A DNA stretch of 64,000 nt from Gammaproteobacteria bacterium (GCA_965222615.1 CBDCUI010000007.1:1-64000); one strand, 5' to 3'; counted from the stretch's first letter, positions 9,640-21,662 are shown. The notes: generated by a model from the sequence alone, not told the origin. A program made the numbers and translations.

Positions 9640-10293
9640 TTAAGGAGAAAGTCTCTCTATCTTCCACGTGCTAGTTGATCCTTTACTGTAAAGCAAACGA
9701 TCATGTAAACGATTGGGGCGTCCCTGCCAAAACTCAAATAAATAAGGTATAACGCGGTACCCACCCCAATGCTCGGGACATGGTACTTCCTGTTTTTTGT
9801 ATTGCTGTTCTAAATTTTGGTATGCATTTTCTAACACTGCATAACTTTCTATAACTTGACTTTGCTGTGAAGCAACAGCACCTATTTGACTACCCAATGG
9901 CCGACTATGAAAATATTCTTCAGATTCTTTTCGCGATATCTTTTCAACCCCACCGGTTATTCGCACTTGCCGATATAGTTTATCCCACCAAAAATTAAGT
10001 GCAGCTTTTTTTGTACTGTGCAAATCTTGCGCTTTTTGGCTATTGTAATTTGTAAAAAAAACAAACCCAGCTTCATCAAACGCCTTTAATAAAACCATAC
10101 GAGATGATATTTCGCCATTGTCATTAAAAGTAGCTAGATTCATAGCATTTGGCTCAATAAACTCTTCAGCAAGCACCTCATCAAACCATTGTTGAAATTG
10201 AACGAAAGGGCTTTTATCCACCGTTTGTTTTTTTAGAATTTTTTCTTGATAGTGTTTTCTAAGATTATTTATATCAATATCCTGACTCATCAC
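9640..10293 (-). CDS. pdxH: Pyridoxamine 5'-phosphate oxidase
   Basis: RMVLLK, FFTNYNSQK, YFHSRP, HWGGY, EFWQGRPNRLHDR, ERLSP. Confidence 0.96.
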   Translation of the reverse strand: MMSQDIDINNLRKHYQEKILKKQTVDKSPFVQFQQWFDEVLAEEFIEPNAMNLATFNDNGEISSRMVLLKAFDEAGFVFFTNYNSQKAQDLHSTKKAALNFWWDKLYRQVRITGGVEKISRKESEEYFHSRPLGSQIGAVASQQSQVIESYAVLENAYQNLEQQYKKQEVPCPEHWGGYRVIPYLFEFWQGRPNRLHDRLLYSKGSTSTWKIERLSP

Positions 10294-10323
10294 ATCCTCT
10301 ATTTAACACTTTTAAACTAGTTT

Positions 10324-10428
10324 CACTCTATTCTTGGGCGCTATAACCTTTTTCACTTTGTCTAAGTTAACTGCACTCTATTCTTGGACGCTATAATCTT
10401 TTTCACCTTGTCTATGTTAACTGCACTC
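10324..10428. repeat. 50-bp tandem duplication (two imperfect copies plus a partial one)
   Basis: cactctattcttgggcgctataacctttttcactttgtctaagttaactg at 10324 repeats at 10374 with 4 substitutions. Confidence 0.9.
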
Positions 10429-11044
10429 CGGTGCCGCCCAAGCCACAATAGCCACTTGGGTTTTTTGCCAAATATTGCTGGTGATAATCTTCTGCATAAT
10501 AAAATTCTGGTGCATCAATAATTTCAGTGGTTATTTCACCAAAACCTTTGTTTAATAATGCTTGCTGGTATTGCTCACGCGAAGTTTTCGCATCTTCACA
10601 TTGATCTTCATTGTATACATAAATACCCGATCGATATTGAGTTCCTATATCATTGCCTTGCCGCATACCTTGCGTAGGATTATGTGATTCCCAAAATAAT
10701 TTTAATAAGCTTTTAAAATTTACTATGGTTGAGTCAAACACAACCCGTACTACTTCGTTATGCCCCGTTTGACCTGTACATACTTCTTCATAAGTTGGAT
10801 TCGGCGTGTACCCCCCTGCATAACCTACTGCAGTTGAATAGACACCCTGCAATTGCCAAAATTTATTTTCAGCCCCCCAAAAACACCCCAAACCAAACAT
10901 TGCTAAGTGCATTTCATTCGGAAAAGGCGGCAATAAAGGATTACCATTTACAAAATGGGAATTTGGTACTGTCATGGCCTGATCACGACCTGCTAGCGCT
11001 TCTTCTGGTGAAGGCATGAGGGTTTTCTTGTTCGCGAATAACAT
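10412..11044 (-). CDS. msrA: Peptide-methionine (S)-S-oxide reductase
   Basis: [38 protein letters not shown]. Confidence 0.97.
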   Translation of the reverse strand: MLFANKKTLMPSPEEALAGRDQAMTVPNSHFVNGNPLLPPFPNEMHLAMFGLGCFWGAENKFWQLQGVYSTAVGYAGGYTPNPTYEEVCTGQTGHNEVVRVVFDSTIVNFKSLLKLFWESHNPTQGMRQGNDIGTQYRSGIYVYNEDQCEDAKTSREQYQQALLNKGFGEITTEIIDAPEFYYAEDYHQQYLAKNPSGYCGLGGTGVQLT

Positions 11045-11138
11045 TATTGACCCTAATTATTGAGTTTTCACTCATCCTGTTATCTACATCTTAATACCTT
11101 ATCACATGAACACATCGTCCTTGATGTGACTTTCATTC

Positions 11139-11699
11139 CTAAATCCCCGCATTTATTAGTTGTTTATACAAGCTCGACTCGCGTTTAAAAAACCCCTCGG
11201 TATGAAATGAATCATCAAGTTTAAAAAGCTCATAATCAAAATGGTGACATAGCTCGTGCAAAAATGTGCGCATATAGGTTTTATATGCAACGACTTGCTT
11301 GCGCTTTGCAGTGCGCATCCACACAGATATTTCTGCCGTGTCAAGCCGCTTCGAAATTGGCTCATATAATCCATGCAATTCCCCATAATTATTATGTGGG
11401 CGGCATGCAAGCACGTTAATTCTCACAGGCGCTATATTCATTTGCCGAGTTATTTTTGTGGCCAGCTTTTGCGTAGCACTTTTTACATGTGATTTCTTAG
11501 CATGATCAAGCGCTATTTGTATTTCACCTACAAAAGGTGATAGCTCCGCAATGTTTTGCAATGTGACAACCGTAATTTTATCACTGTTACGATAGATCTT
11601 TTTATCACGTGCACGAAGCCTGTTGTAATAAGAATATGGCATACTTGTTGTAAATTTTACTCGCTTAAAGTACGTCTGCAAATCAATTATCAAGATCAC
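11139..11699 (-). CDS. Hypothetical protein with HExxH zinc-metallopeptidase-like motif
   Basis: RTFLHELCHH...FHTEGF; start may be internal (MPYSYY). Confidence 0.7.
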   Translation of the reverse strand: MILIIDLQTYFKRVKFTTSMPYSYYNRLRARDKKIYRNSDKITVVTLQNIAELSPFVGEIQIALDHAKKSHVKSATQKLATKITRQMNIAPVRINVLACRPHNNYGELHGLYEPISKRLDTAEISVWMRTAKRKQVVAYKTYMRTFLHELCHHFDYELFKLDDSFHTEGFFKRESSLYKQLINAGI

Positions 11700-11723
11700 T
11701 AATTACTATTTAGAATTATTTTT

Positions 11724-12572
11724 CTATTTAATAAATCTCAGAATTTTTTCTATAACAGTAGCTGCTCCTAGTATACGGCGATGTCCGAGCCCTTCCGTAG
11801 CAAACAACTCTGCATTCGTATTCGATGCAATTTCTTCGGCTTCTCTATACGCAACAACTCGGTCTTTGCGATCATGGACTACAAGGGTTGCACCCGAATA
11901 GTTTTCAAGAAAGTCAATAACATTCATCGCTGTAATTGGCCTCTGAACTATTCTTTCTATTTTTTCGTGAAAAATATTTACAACTGATTCTGATAGCTTC
12001 AGAGTTTGTGCAAATGATAGTACAACATCAGTCAATTTGTTTGGACCGGCGATTAGTATGAGCTTTTTAACTTGCGACAACACTCCTTGACGATAGGCCA
12101 AACTCAATGCATATGTACTTACCATAGTGCCAAATGAATGACTAATTAATACATCGATTGGCTCTGAATTTTCTGCAACTTTTAATAATGCTTCGGCATT
12201 TGCTTTTAATGTGGTACGACTGCCGGTTGAAGCTCCGTGCGCGGGCGAATCAACCGCGATAATCGTGTGCCCTTGCAAAAGCAATTGCTCAATCAGATTT
12301 GAGAAATCAAAGGATTCTCCAGCCCATCCATGCGTGAGTAAAATTGTCAAGCACTCTGATGATTGTTGAGCAGGCGACCATTTAAACGCTGCAATCTTAT
12401 AGGTGTCACAATCAATATGTGAATGCTGTGCTTGAGCCACAAGTTTGTTTTCATTTAGTGACGGGGATTTTCTTTTGGAAAGTGGTGTACAAAATAATGG
12501 CCAAGCAATTTTTACTGCTAGCCGTGGAGACACACATCCAAGAAACTTTAAAAGTAAAGCCAATAACTTCAT
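11724..12572 (-). CDS. Alpha/beta hydrolase
   Basis: HGWAG, DSPAHG, SHSFG nucleophile elbow, HDRKD, GLGH. Confidence 0.88.
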   Translation of the reverse strand: MKLLALLLKFLGCVSPRLAVKIAWPLFCTPLSKRKSPSLNENKLVAQAQHSHIDCDTYKIAAFKWSPAQQSSECLTILLTHGWAGESFDFSNLIEQLLLQGHTIIAVDSPAHGASTGSRTTLKANAEALLKVAENSEPIDVLISHSFGTMVSTYALSLAYRQGVLSQVKKLILIAGPNKLTDVVLSFAQTLKLSESVVNIFHEKIERIVQRPITAMNVIDFLENYSGATLVVHDRKDRVVAYREAEEIASNTNAELFATEGLGHRRILGAATVIEKILRFIK

Positions 12573-12647
12573 AGCTATTATTGGATGCCCACTTTAGCAG
12601 CAAACAAAAATTAAAGTTGAGCACATCGTGGATGATGCGCTCTTCAG

Positions 12648-13040
12648 TTACATACTCATACGTTCACGTTTAGGCATTAAGAACCACAAGACAATCGCTA
12701 CGGCAAATAATGCAGGCACATCTCCTAGTAAGTTGGCGCGCTCGGTTTCATCCACAATGGCTTGCACTAGCATGATTGCTCCATGAACAATACTCGACCA
12801 GATGGTGAACCAAATTAGACTTCGATGCTCTAGCGGGTTTTTAGCTGCTATGATCAAAAACACACCAAGTGTTGCATAGATACCCATGATCATTTGCTCA
12901 TACTCATATTGTCGTGGCGTCCACCCCCAACCATCAGGCCAAATAAACATCATCATGGCGTACACACCGAAAATAAAGAAGACCCCAAGCACGACGAGTA
13001 CTATTTTTAGATATTTTAGTTTTGCTTCTTCTGTCATCAT
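12648..13040 (-). CDS. Small four-TM membrane protein (DUF6632-like)
   Basis: Hydrophobic; MIMGIYATLGVFL...HRSLIWFTIWSS.VHG pattern. Confidence 0.7.
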   Translation of the reverse strand: MMTEEAKLKYLKIVLVVLGVFFIFGVYAMMMFIWPDGWGWTPRQYEYEQMIMGIYATLGVFLIIAAKNPLEHRSLIWFTIWSSIVHGAIMLVQAIVDETERANLLGDVPALFAVAIVLWFLMPKRERMSM

Positions 13041-13188
13041 ACCCTCTCTTTTTTATTGTTTTGGGAATATGATCATTATCTCCCACTAGCCTATTTGAAA
13101 GCCACAAAATAAACATACTGGCAAGTTGTTAATGCATAGGAATAATGCAATTACCGAATGATGGCAATGCAGTCACGAATTTTATTCG

Positions 13189-13845
13189 TTAGAGGTCGTT
13201 CTGACTAAGGTTTATGGCAAATTGAATATTTCTTGCTGCGACAGATATTGAATAATCATCAAGACGAACCAACCCTTTATCGGTGGCATAGGCCCCGTAG
13301 CCACGTAGCATTCCAGCCAAAACAAATTTTCCTTCTTCACAACTAAGCAACCCGCCTCCAGATGCGCCTGAATCAATTCCAGCACTGGTATGGACTGCTT
13401 CTGCTTTTTTAAAATTAAAAACGCCTGTAGTGGTATGTTGTTCTTGTGCGCCTGGGAATCCTACTGCCCAAACTTCTTGGCTTTCATGAAGATCTTTTTC
13501 ACTCAATGAAATAGGAGTTAGGCGATCAGTCCATACTGACAATAGCGCCAAATCCATTTCTTCATCAATTAATAACACGGAAGCAACATAGAGTTTGCCA
13601 TTCACTACGGCAACTGTATCTGAATAATCTTCTAGTGCGTGGGCCGCAGTAATGACTAAATTATCTGAGACGATCACACCACTTGCATGACTATTCGTTC
13701 CACTGACGATTGGTACAATAGAGGCTAAAGCTTGATGAGTAGGCCACTCACAGCTTTGCTCATTTGCAAAGCCTGTTGATGCAAAACAATATAATAACGT
13801 TGCTACGATAAGGCGCTTCATCCTGTGCTCCTTATATCCGCACAT
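13189..13845 (-). CDS. Exported trypsin-like serine protease
   Basis: Signal peptide; TAAH, DLALL and GASGG triad motifs. Confidence 0.85.
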   Translation of the reverse strand: MCGYKEHRMKRLIVATLLYCFASTGFANEQSCEWPTHQALASIVPIVSGTNSHASGVIVSDNLVITAAHALEDYSDTVAVVNGKLYVASVLLIDEEMDLALLSVWTDRLTPISLSEKDLHESQEVWAVGFPGAQEQHTTTGVFNFKKAEAVHTSAGIDSGASGGGLLSCEEGKFVLAGMLRGYGAYATDKGLVRLDDYSISVAARNIQFAINLSQNDL

Positions 13846-14068
13846 TTATCATTACTAATAAATATGCGTGTGAAAAACTAAGCTAATGATTATATAAAGG
13901 GGAGCAGTAGCTCTCGTTGCTCATCCTATGTAGTCGGAGCGAACCAACAGACCAAACGTAAGTAGAAGTTTTATGACCAGATAACCGGATAAATTAATCT
14001 GGTAAATGGAATTACAAAACGTGAATTAGATCTCAGAACAGTTTAATAAAGAATTAAAACAAAACTAA

Positions 14069-14983
14069 CTAATCTTTTACATCGGGTTCAATAAAACACC
14101 AACCAATACTAGGTAATTCTTGTTTTAATTTCTCTTCTAATGTGTTTATTTTTTCAATAGCAGCATTCATAGGCAAATCATTTTTCAATTTTATTTTTGC
14201 TGCAAGCATAACTTTAGATCCAAATTGAATTGTAATTACATTGAAAAGTTGTTGAATACTTTCTTCTTGGTCGATAATTTGATTTATCTTATTGCGTATA
14301 TCTGGTTCTGCAGACGTACCGATTAACAACGCTTTAATTCGCCAAGCAACAAATACCGAAACGATAATCAAAACAACACCGATACAAATTGAGCCTACTG
14401 CATCATAAAGGGGATTATCTGTTACGACACTTAGCGCAACAAACACGAAAGCTATGATCAGGCCTAGTATTGCAGCATTATCTTCACCGAGAACCACTAC
14501 CAATTCAGCATTACGTGTATCTTTTAACCATTTGGAAAAAGTTTTATCGCCACGCACGTCATTGATGGCGCTTAAACAGCCCAATAAACTGATTATTTCT
14601 ATTACGATCGCAGCACCCAACACCAATAATCCAACCCAGGCCTGATTTAGAGCCTCAGGATGTTGTAACTTATGCCAGCCCTCATATATTGAAAAAAGAC
14701 CGCCTACCGTAAACAATAACACTGCAACAACAAAACTCCAAAAATAACTATTCTTACCGTATCCTAATGGATGTTGTTCATCAGGAGTCTTTTGCGATTG
14801 CTTTAAGCCAAAAAATAAAAGTACTTGGTTGCCCGTATCGGCATAGGAGTGTATTGCCTCCGCCAACATACTTCCCGATGCGGTGTAAATAGCAGCTGCG
14901 GTCTTGGCGATTGCGATTGCAAGATTTGCCCCAAATGCAAAGAAGATTGCTTTTAATGAAGATGAATGTCCCGAAGCGCTCAT
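14069..14983 (-). CDS. Cation diffusion facilitator family transporter
   Basis: AEAIHSYADTGNQ, HPLGYG, VVLGED, FIEPD. Confidence 0.92.
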   Translation of the reverse strand: MSASGHSSSLKAIFFAFGANLAIAIAKTAAAIYTASGSMLAEAIHSYADTGNQVLLFFGLKQSQKTPDEQHPLGYGKNSYFWSFVVAVLLFTVGGLFSIYEGWHKLQHPEALNQAWVGLLVLGAAIVIEIISLLGCLSAINDVRGDKTFSKWLKDTRNAELVVVLGEDNAAILGLIIAFVFVALSVVTDNPLYDAVGSICIGVVLIIVSVFVAWRIKALLIGTSAEPDIRNKINQIIDQEESIQQLFNVITIQFGSKVMLAAKIKLKNDLPMNAAIEKINTLEEKLKQELPSIGWCFIEPDVKD

Positions 14984-14987
14984 AAAA

Positions 14988-15902
14988 CTAGTGGATGAAC
15001 TTCCAAGACTCAGCCTCTATAAACACACGTTTTACATGATTGAACTCATTTTTAATTTCTTTATCAATTTTAGCTACCACAGATTCCATTTCTTGCGTTT
15101 GAATGTCGTCGTTAAATTCCACACTCAGGTTTACTAATATGTATTCTGGCCCCATATGCATAGTTAATACTTCATTTACTCGTTCTACACCTGCAAATGA
15201 ACTTACTTTGCTCTGAATACCTTTGACAACCTTTTCATCTGCACTCTCACCGATTAATAAGCCTTTGGTTTCATAAGCAAGCAGTATAGCTATCACGGCG
15301 AGAATGATTCCAATACCAATAGAAGCGATACCATCATAAACATAGTTACCAGTAAGTTGACTGACCGCTATCCCCACCATTGCAACAATCAGACCCAAAG
15401 TGGCAGCCGCATCTTCTAATAAGACTACAAACAACCCTGGATCTTTACCTTTTTGTATTGCTTCCAGATATTTTTTATCGCCTTTGTATTTATTGAACTC
15501 TTTTATTGCTATCCAAAAAACAAACATTTCAATTATTAACGCAATACCTAATACTAAATAGTTAACAATTGGGTCAGTAATAACGTGTGGGTGCGTAATG
15601 TGCGCTACACCTTTGTAAATTGATAAACCGGAGCCTACAGCAAAAATTAAAATGGCAACGACAAAACACCAGAAATAAATTTCTTTGCCGTGACCAAACG
15701 GATATTTTTTGTCTGCAGGTTTTTTTGCCTGTTTTAATCCGAATAGCAATAATACTTGGTTTCCTGTATCCACCACTGAGTGAATACCCTCAGAAAACAT
15801 GGCAGAACTACCTGTAAATGCAGACGCAGCGAATTTCATAACTGCAATGGCCGCATTACCAATTAAAGCTGCAAAAATTACTTTTTTAGATGATCCCGCC
15901 AT
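14988..15902 (-). CDS. Cation diffusion facilitator family transporter (paralog)
   Basis: SEGIHSVVDTGNQ, YPFGHG, VLLED, LLIGES, VFIE. Confidence 0.92.
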   Translation of the reverse strand: MAGSSKKVIFAALIGNAAIAVMKFAASAFTGSSAMFSEGIHSVVDTGNQVLLLFGLKQAKKPADKKYPFGHGKEIYFWCFVVAILIFAVGSGLSIYKGVAHITHPHVITDPIVNYLVLGIALIIEMFVFWIAIKEFNKYKGDKKYLEAIQKGKDPGLFVVLLEDAAATLGLIVAMVGIAVSQLTGNYVYDGIASIGIGIILAVIAILLAYETKGLLIGESADEKVVKGIQSKVSSFAGVERVNEVLTMHMGPEYILVNLSVEFNDDIQTQEMESVVAKIDKEIKNEFNHVKRVFIEAESWKFIH

Positions 15903-15935
15903 TTCTTTTAGAAGATGATTAAACTTAATTTTTCG

Positions 15936-16074
15936 AGAGTATATCTAAAAATAGTAATTTTTTTGCGAGAGCAAGAAAGTACCGCGCGCAGAACCGGAGT
16001 GTACAGTTAATACATGAGGATTCGAGCACGGAACTGACGCAGCTATCGCAAAAAAGTGCATTTTTGGAGATGCT

Positions 16075-16076
<2 letters not shown>
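15936..16076. repeat. Palindromic MITE/RPE-like element, copy 1
   Basis: Imperfect terminal inverted repeats (ctaaaaat...ttttttgcga / tcgcaaaaaa...atttttgg); core ggagtgtacagttaatacatgagg. Confidence 0.75.
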
Positions 16077-17988
<1,912 letters not shown>

Positions 17989-18026
17989 TTAGCCGGCAAG
18001 AGCGCAACTGGGTAGGAAAAATCCTG

Positions 18027-18129
18027 CAGCTTCCCTCCGCCAGCATTATCTGGTTCAGGTTTTAAGGGTAATTCTCAGCCCGATGCATACCTAGTAACTA
18101 TTAATTATATGCTATGGACTCCCCTAGCT
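18027..18129 (-). ncRNA. TPP riboswitch upstream of thiC
   Basis: Minus strand GGGGAGTCC...GGCTGAGA..TACCCTT..AACCTGAACCAGATAATGCTGGCGGAGGGAAGC matches the THI-box consensus. Confidence 0.95.
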
Positions 18130-18194
18130 TCAGGTCTGTTATTCTAAAGCAATATAGTTGTTTTTAATACAATGAAATATAACCACTAGAATCT

Positions 18195-19181
18195 ATGACA
18201 TTAAACGTTGCTATTGTAGGTCCAGGACGCAGTAAACAAGGCACTGGACCATTTATTGCGCGCACCTTTAACGAGCTTGACACAAATATTTGTGGAGTCG
18301 TGAGTAGCTCGCTCACGTCTGCAGAAATGGCTGCTCAACAACTTTTTGCGGATTATAAAATTAAATGTAATGCCTATAGCACTCTACAAACACTACTAGA
18401 TAATAACAAAGTAGACATTGTTGCGATTAGCAGTCCCGCCAGCTCACATCTTGATTATTTAAAGCTTGCCATTGAAAGTAATTGCCACATTTTTTGTGAA
18501 AAGCCCCTTTGGTGGCCTAGCAATTACACTAGTGACAGTGATGGTGAATCGATAACAAACCAACACATAGAAAAAGAAACAAGCGACTTAGTACGCCAAT
18601 GTATGAACAAAAATTTAATTCTGCAACTTAATACACAATGGCCTTACACTTTACCAACTTATTATGAAATTTTTCCTCAACAAGAATCTAAGGCACAAAC
18701 CGTTAACAGTTTTTCAATGTGGTTAAGTCCACAAAGTACTGGCAGTGATATGATTATTGATGCAATGCCGCATGTGCTTAGTATGCTCTATTCAATTTTA
18801 AGTGCTGGAAAGATTGAAAATATTCAATCTAGCCATCAATTAGGAACGGCAAACGAGAATATATCTATCAATTTTGATTACTTGCACGCATTTAATAATA
18901 CACAAGTAGCAGTATATTTAAATTCCAACGACCAAATCCCAAAACCTGCAGCCTATGCAATTAATAATAATCGAGTCGATAGACATGTCGAACTTTCTAA
19001 TTACCTGATATCATTATGCACAGCTGATGTGCAAGCACCTGTTATGGACCCATTAGTGTGTTCCATTAAGAACTTTATAAGCTCTATTCACTCTAAGACC
19101 TCATCTGATGAGACCGTATTGATAGATGGCATGAAGCATCTCAGCCAAATTTACCAAGCTGTAACGCAAGAAACTGAATAA
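18195..19181 (+). CDS. Gfo/Idh/MocA-family oxidoreductase
   Basis: N-terminal VAIVGPG Rossmann motif, VDIVAISSP, HIFCEKP. Confidence 0.85.
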   Translation: MTLNVAIVGPGRSKQGTGPFIARTFNELDTNICGVVSSSLTSAEMAAQQLFADYKIKCNAYSTLQTLLDNNKVDIVAISSPASSHLDYLKLAIESNCHIFCEKPLWWPSNYTSDSDGESITNQHIEKETSDLVRQCMNKNLILQLNTQWPYTLPTYYEIFPQQESKAQTVNSFSMWLSPQSTGSDMIIDAMPHVLSMLYSILSAGKIENIQSSHQLGTANENISINFDYLHAFNNTQVAVYLNSNDQIPKPAAYAINNNRVDRHVELSNYLISLCTADVQAPVMDPLVCSIKNFISSIHSKTSSDETVLIDGMKHLSQIYQAVTQETE

Positions 19182-19186
19182 CTAAC

Positions 19187-20578
19187 ATGGAAAAAATACA
19201 TTCTGAAAAGGGTGAAGTGTTAATGACACTCTCACCATTAATTGATTTCACCAAGCTAGATTTTTCAGAAGCTTCTGAATCTGTGGTTACACCTTTACAT
19301 GTGAAATCAATATCACGCCAAGTGGAAAAACAAACTGAACTTTCTCCTATCCATGACTTTATGGGCAAACTGCGTCAGCCGGAAGTTTTACAAAATTTAA
19401 AGGATTATGTGCGTTGGCAAATTGAATGGCGTAATGGCTATGCAAACAACTCACTGACACTTGAAGAGGCGTTAAAGAAGGCTCCGCTTAAAGCCCCTAT
19501 TTCGATAAATTTAGACGTGACTACCGCGTGCAACTATCGCTGTGATCACTGCGTAGATATGGATATTCTAAATAAGAATATAAATTATGATCATGAATTA
19601 TTAAAAGACTCATTAACACAATTAGCTAAAAACGGTTTACGCTCTGTAATCATCATTGGTGGCGGTGAGCCTACGGCCTATAAAGGTTTTGAAGATGTCG
19701 TTCGCCATTTAAAGGCGTTGAACATTCAGATTGGCGTAGTGACCAACGGCAGCATGATGAAAAAAATCGAAGCTGTTGCCGATGTGCTGCAAGAACGAGA
19801 TTGGGTACGACTCTCATTAGATTCAGGCACCAATGAAACTTTTCGTGCCATGCATAAACCAGGCAGTAAAAAATGTACCCTAGAGTGGATCTGTGAACAT
19901 ATTCCTGATATTAAAAAAATAAATTCTAAATTTAAAATTGGGTTTAGTTACATCATTGTATGGAAAGACTGCGAAACAAACGACACCAAAATTATTGAAA
20001 ACATTGATGAAATTCTTACTGCAGCAAAACTAGCCAAACAATATCAGTTTGACTACATATCCTATAAACCTTTTCTAACCCGTGCAGAAACTAATAATGC
20101 CGAAATTATCGGCATCGATAAAGAACAAAGCTATGTTGAATCCGTGATGGAAAAAATCCGCAATGATATCAATCTTACAAAAAAACTTGAGAACGATACT
20201 TTTGCTGTAATAGAAAGCACAAACTTGCGTGTACTTGAAAACGGTACATACATGAACTACACCACGCAGCCACATAACTGCCATATGCAGTATTTTAGAC
20301 AGGTAGTAAGTCCACTAGGTATTTTTAACTGTCCGGTATATCGTCATGTTCCCCAAGCATTGCTGGGCGAAAAACATGCTTATGCTACACCAGAAGATTT
20401 TAAAGCCACACAAACCAACACTTTGCGACTTATTGAGGCTTTTGATGCCACATCGGAATGCAAAGATGTTACTTGTTTATACAACCATGCTAATTGGTTT
20501 ATTGAAGATTTAATCAATCATCCAGAGAAGTTGGAATCTTTAGACTCTAATTTTGACCGTAACGACTTTTTTCTTTGA
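19187..20578 (+). CDS. Radical SAM enzyme with Cys-containing C-terminal (Twitch/SPASM-like) region
   Basis: CNYRCDHC, GGGEPT, VTNG, RLSLD; C-terminal CHMQY...FNC...ECKDVTC. Confidence 0.88.
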   Translation: MEKIHSEKGEVLMTLSPLIDFTKLDFSEASESVVTPLHVKSISRQVEKQTELSPIHDFMGKLRQPEVLQNLKDYVRWQIEWRNGYANNSLTLEEALKKAPLKAPISINLDVTTACNYRCDHCVDMDILNKNINYDHELLKDSLTQLAKNGLRSVIIIGGGEPTAYKGFEDVVRHLKALNIQIGVVTNGSMMKKIEAVADVLQERDWVRLSLDSGTNETFRAMHKPGSKKCTLEWICEHIPDIKKINSKFKIGFSYIIVWKDCETNDTKIIENIDEILTAAKLAKQYQFDYISYKPFLTRAETNNAEIIGIDKEQSYVESVMEKIRNDINLTKKLENDTFAVIESTNLRVLENGTYMNYTTQPHNCHMQYFRQVVSPLGIFNCPVYRHVPQALLGEKHAYATPEDFKATQTNTLRLIEAFDATSECKDVTCLYNHANWFIEDLINHPEKLESLDSNFDRNDFFL

Positions 20579-20630
20579 GGAAACTCTGATTTATTTTGAT
20601 ACCTTGTTGAAAAATAAATCTGAACCTCCT
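20578..20630. repeat. Internally deleted mini-copy of the palindromic element family
   Basis: aggaaactctgatttatt...aataaatctgaacctcct matches the ends of the elements at 46211 and 48771. Confidence 0.65.
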
Positions 20631-20633
20631 TGG

Positions 20634-21662
20634 TTATTTGGGTGCGCGTTGCATTAAGTTCTTGGCGCTCATATAGACATCATTAACTTCTATATTACGT
20701 AAACAGTTGTAATGTCCGTAGCGACACTCTCTTGCCCAACATGGACTACAATCCAGATCCAAGTATTTAATTTCTGCAGCTTTCGTCAAGGGTGGAGTAT
20801 ATTTAGGTGTAATTGCCCCATATAAAGCGACCACGGGAACATTCACCGCTGCCGCAATATGCATTAAGCCAGAATCGTTGGTCACGGCCACTCTAACTAG
20901 TGACAATAAATCTATAACTTCTTCTAATGTGGTTTTGCCACATAGGTTCTTTGCCACGCCTTTGGAAACTTTAACGACCTTTTCACCACTTGCATGATCT
21001 TTTGTCGATCCGAATACATAAACTTGAAAGCCATCTTGATGGAACAACGTAGCAAGTTGCCCAAAGTATTCAGCCGGCCATTTCTTCGAGGGACCATATT
21101 CTGCTCCAGGCATAAATGCTACGCCAGGTTGAGATACATTGAGTTCAAATTTTGCTGCCGCTTGCTGTCGTTTAACTTTGTCTATGGATAATTCAGGAAA
21201 CCGTATTGTTGGTGTTTGCCTCGAGTCACTTTGTGACAATCCTAAGTTGACAAATTTTTCTACGGCTTTGTAAGTAACTTGTGTATCGAGAGGCCGCATG
21301 TCATTTACGAGACCATAGCGCATTTCACCACGGTACGCCGTGCGCACTGGCACCTTAGCGAAAAACGGGATCAATGCAGATTTAAAGGATCGCGGTAAGA
21401 TAATGGCTTGGTCATATTGACCACGTAACTGTCTTCCCACACGCATGCGTTCACCGAGTTGCAATTTACCATGCAAAAGATCAACTTCTACGATGTCGCG
21501 TACTTCTGGCATCCGTGCTAACACGGGAGCAGACCATGCTGGTGCTACTACATCGATACAATTGTCTTGATTGGTATGCTTCAAGGCCATACATAGGCTC
21601 TGAACCATGACCATGTCACCCACCCAAGCGGGGCCGATAATAAGTATTTTTTTAGCGTGCAA
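20634..21662 (-). CDS. waaF: LPS heptosyltransferase II
   Basis: KILIIGPAWVGDMVM, GEMRYGLVND, PGAEYGPSKKWP, NDSGLMH. Confidence 0.95.
   Translation of the reverse strand: MHAKKILIIGPAWVGDMVMVQSLCMALKHTNQDNCIDVVAPAWSAPVLARMPEVRDIVEVDLLHGKLQLGERMRVGRQLRGQYDQAIILPRSFKSALIPFFAKVPVRTAYRGEMRYGLVNDMRPLDTQVTYKAVEKFVNLGLSQSDSRQTPTIRFPELSIDKVKRQQAAAKFELNVSQPGVAFMPGAEYGPSKKWPAEYFGQLATLFHQDGFQVYVFGSTKDHASGEKVVKVSKGVAKNLCGKTTLEEVIDLLSLVRVAVTNDSGLMHIAAAVNVPVVALYGAITPKYTPPLTKAAEIKYLDLDCSPCWARECRYGHYNCLRNIEVNDVYMSAKNLMQRAPK

Noticed and set aside
10324-10428. Possible mini CRISPR array
   Set aside because: Units are contiguous with no unique spacers, and there are no cas genes
14020-14035. CRP-like site cgtga-N6-tctca
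   Set aside because: Two mismatches and no supporting promoter context
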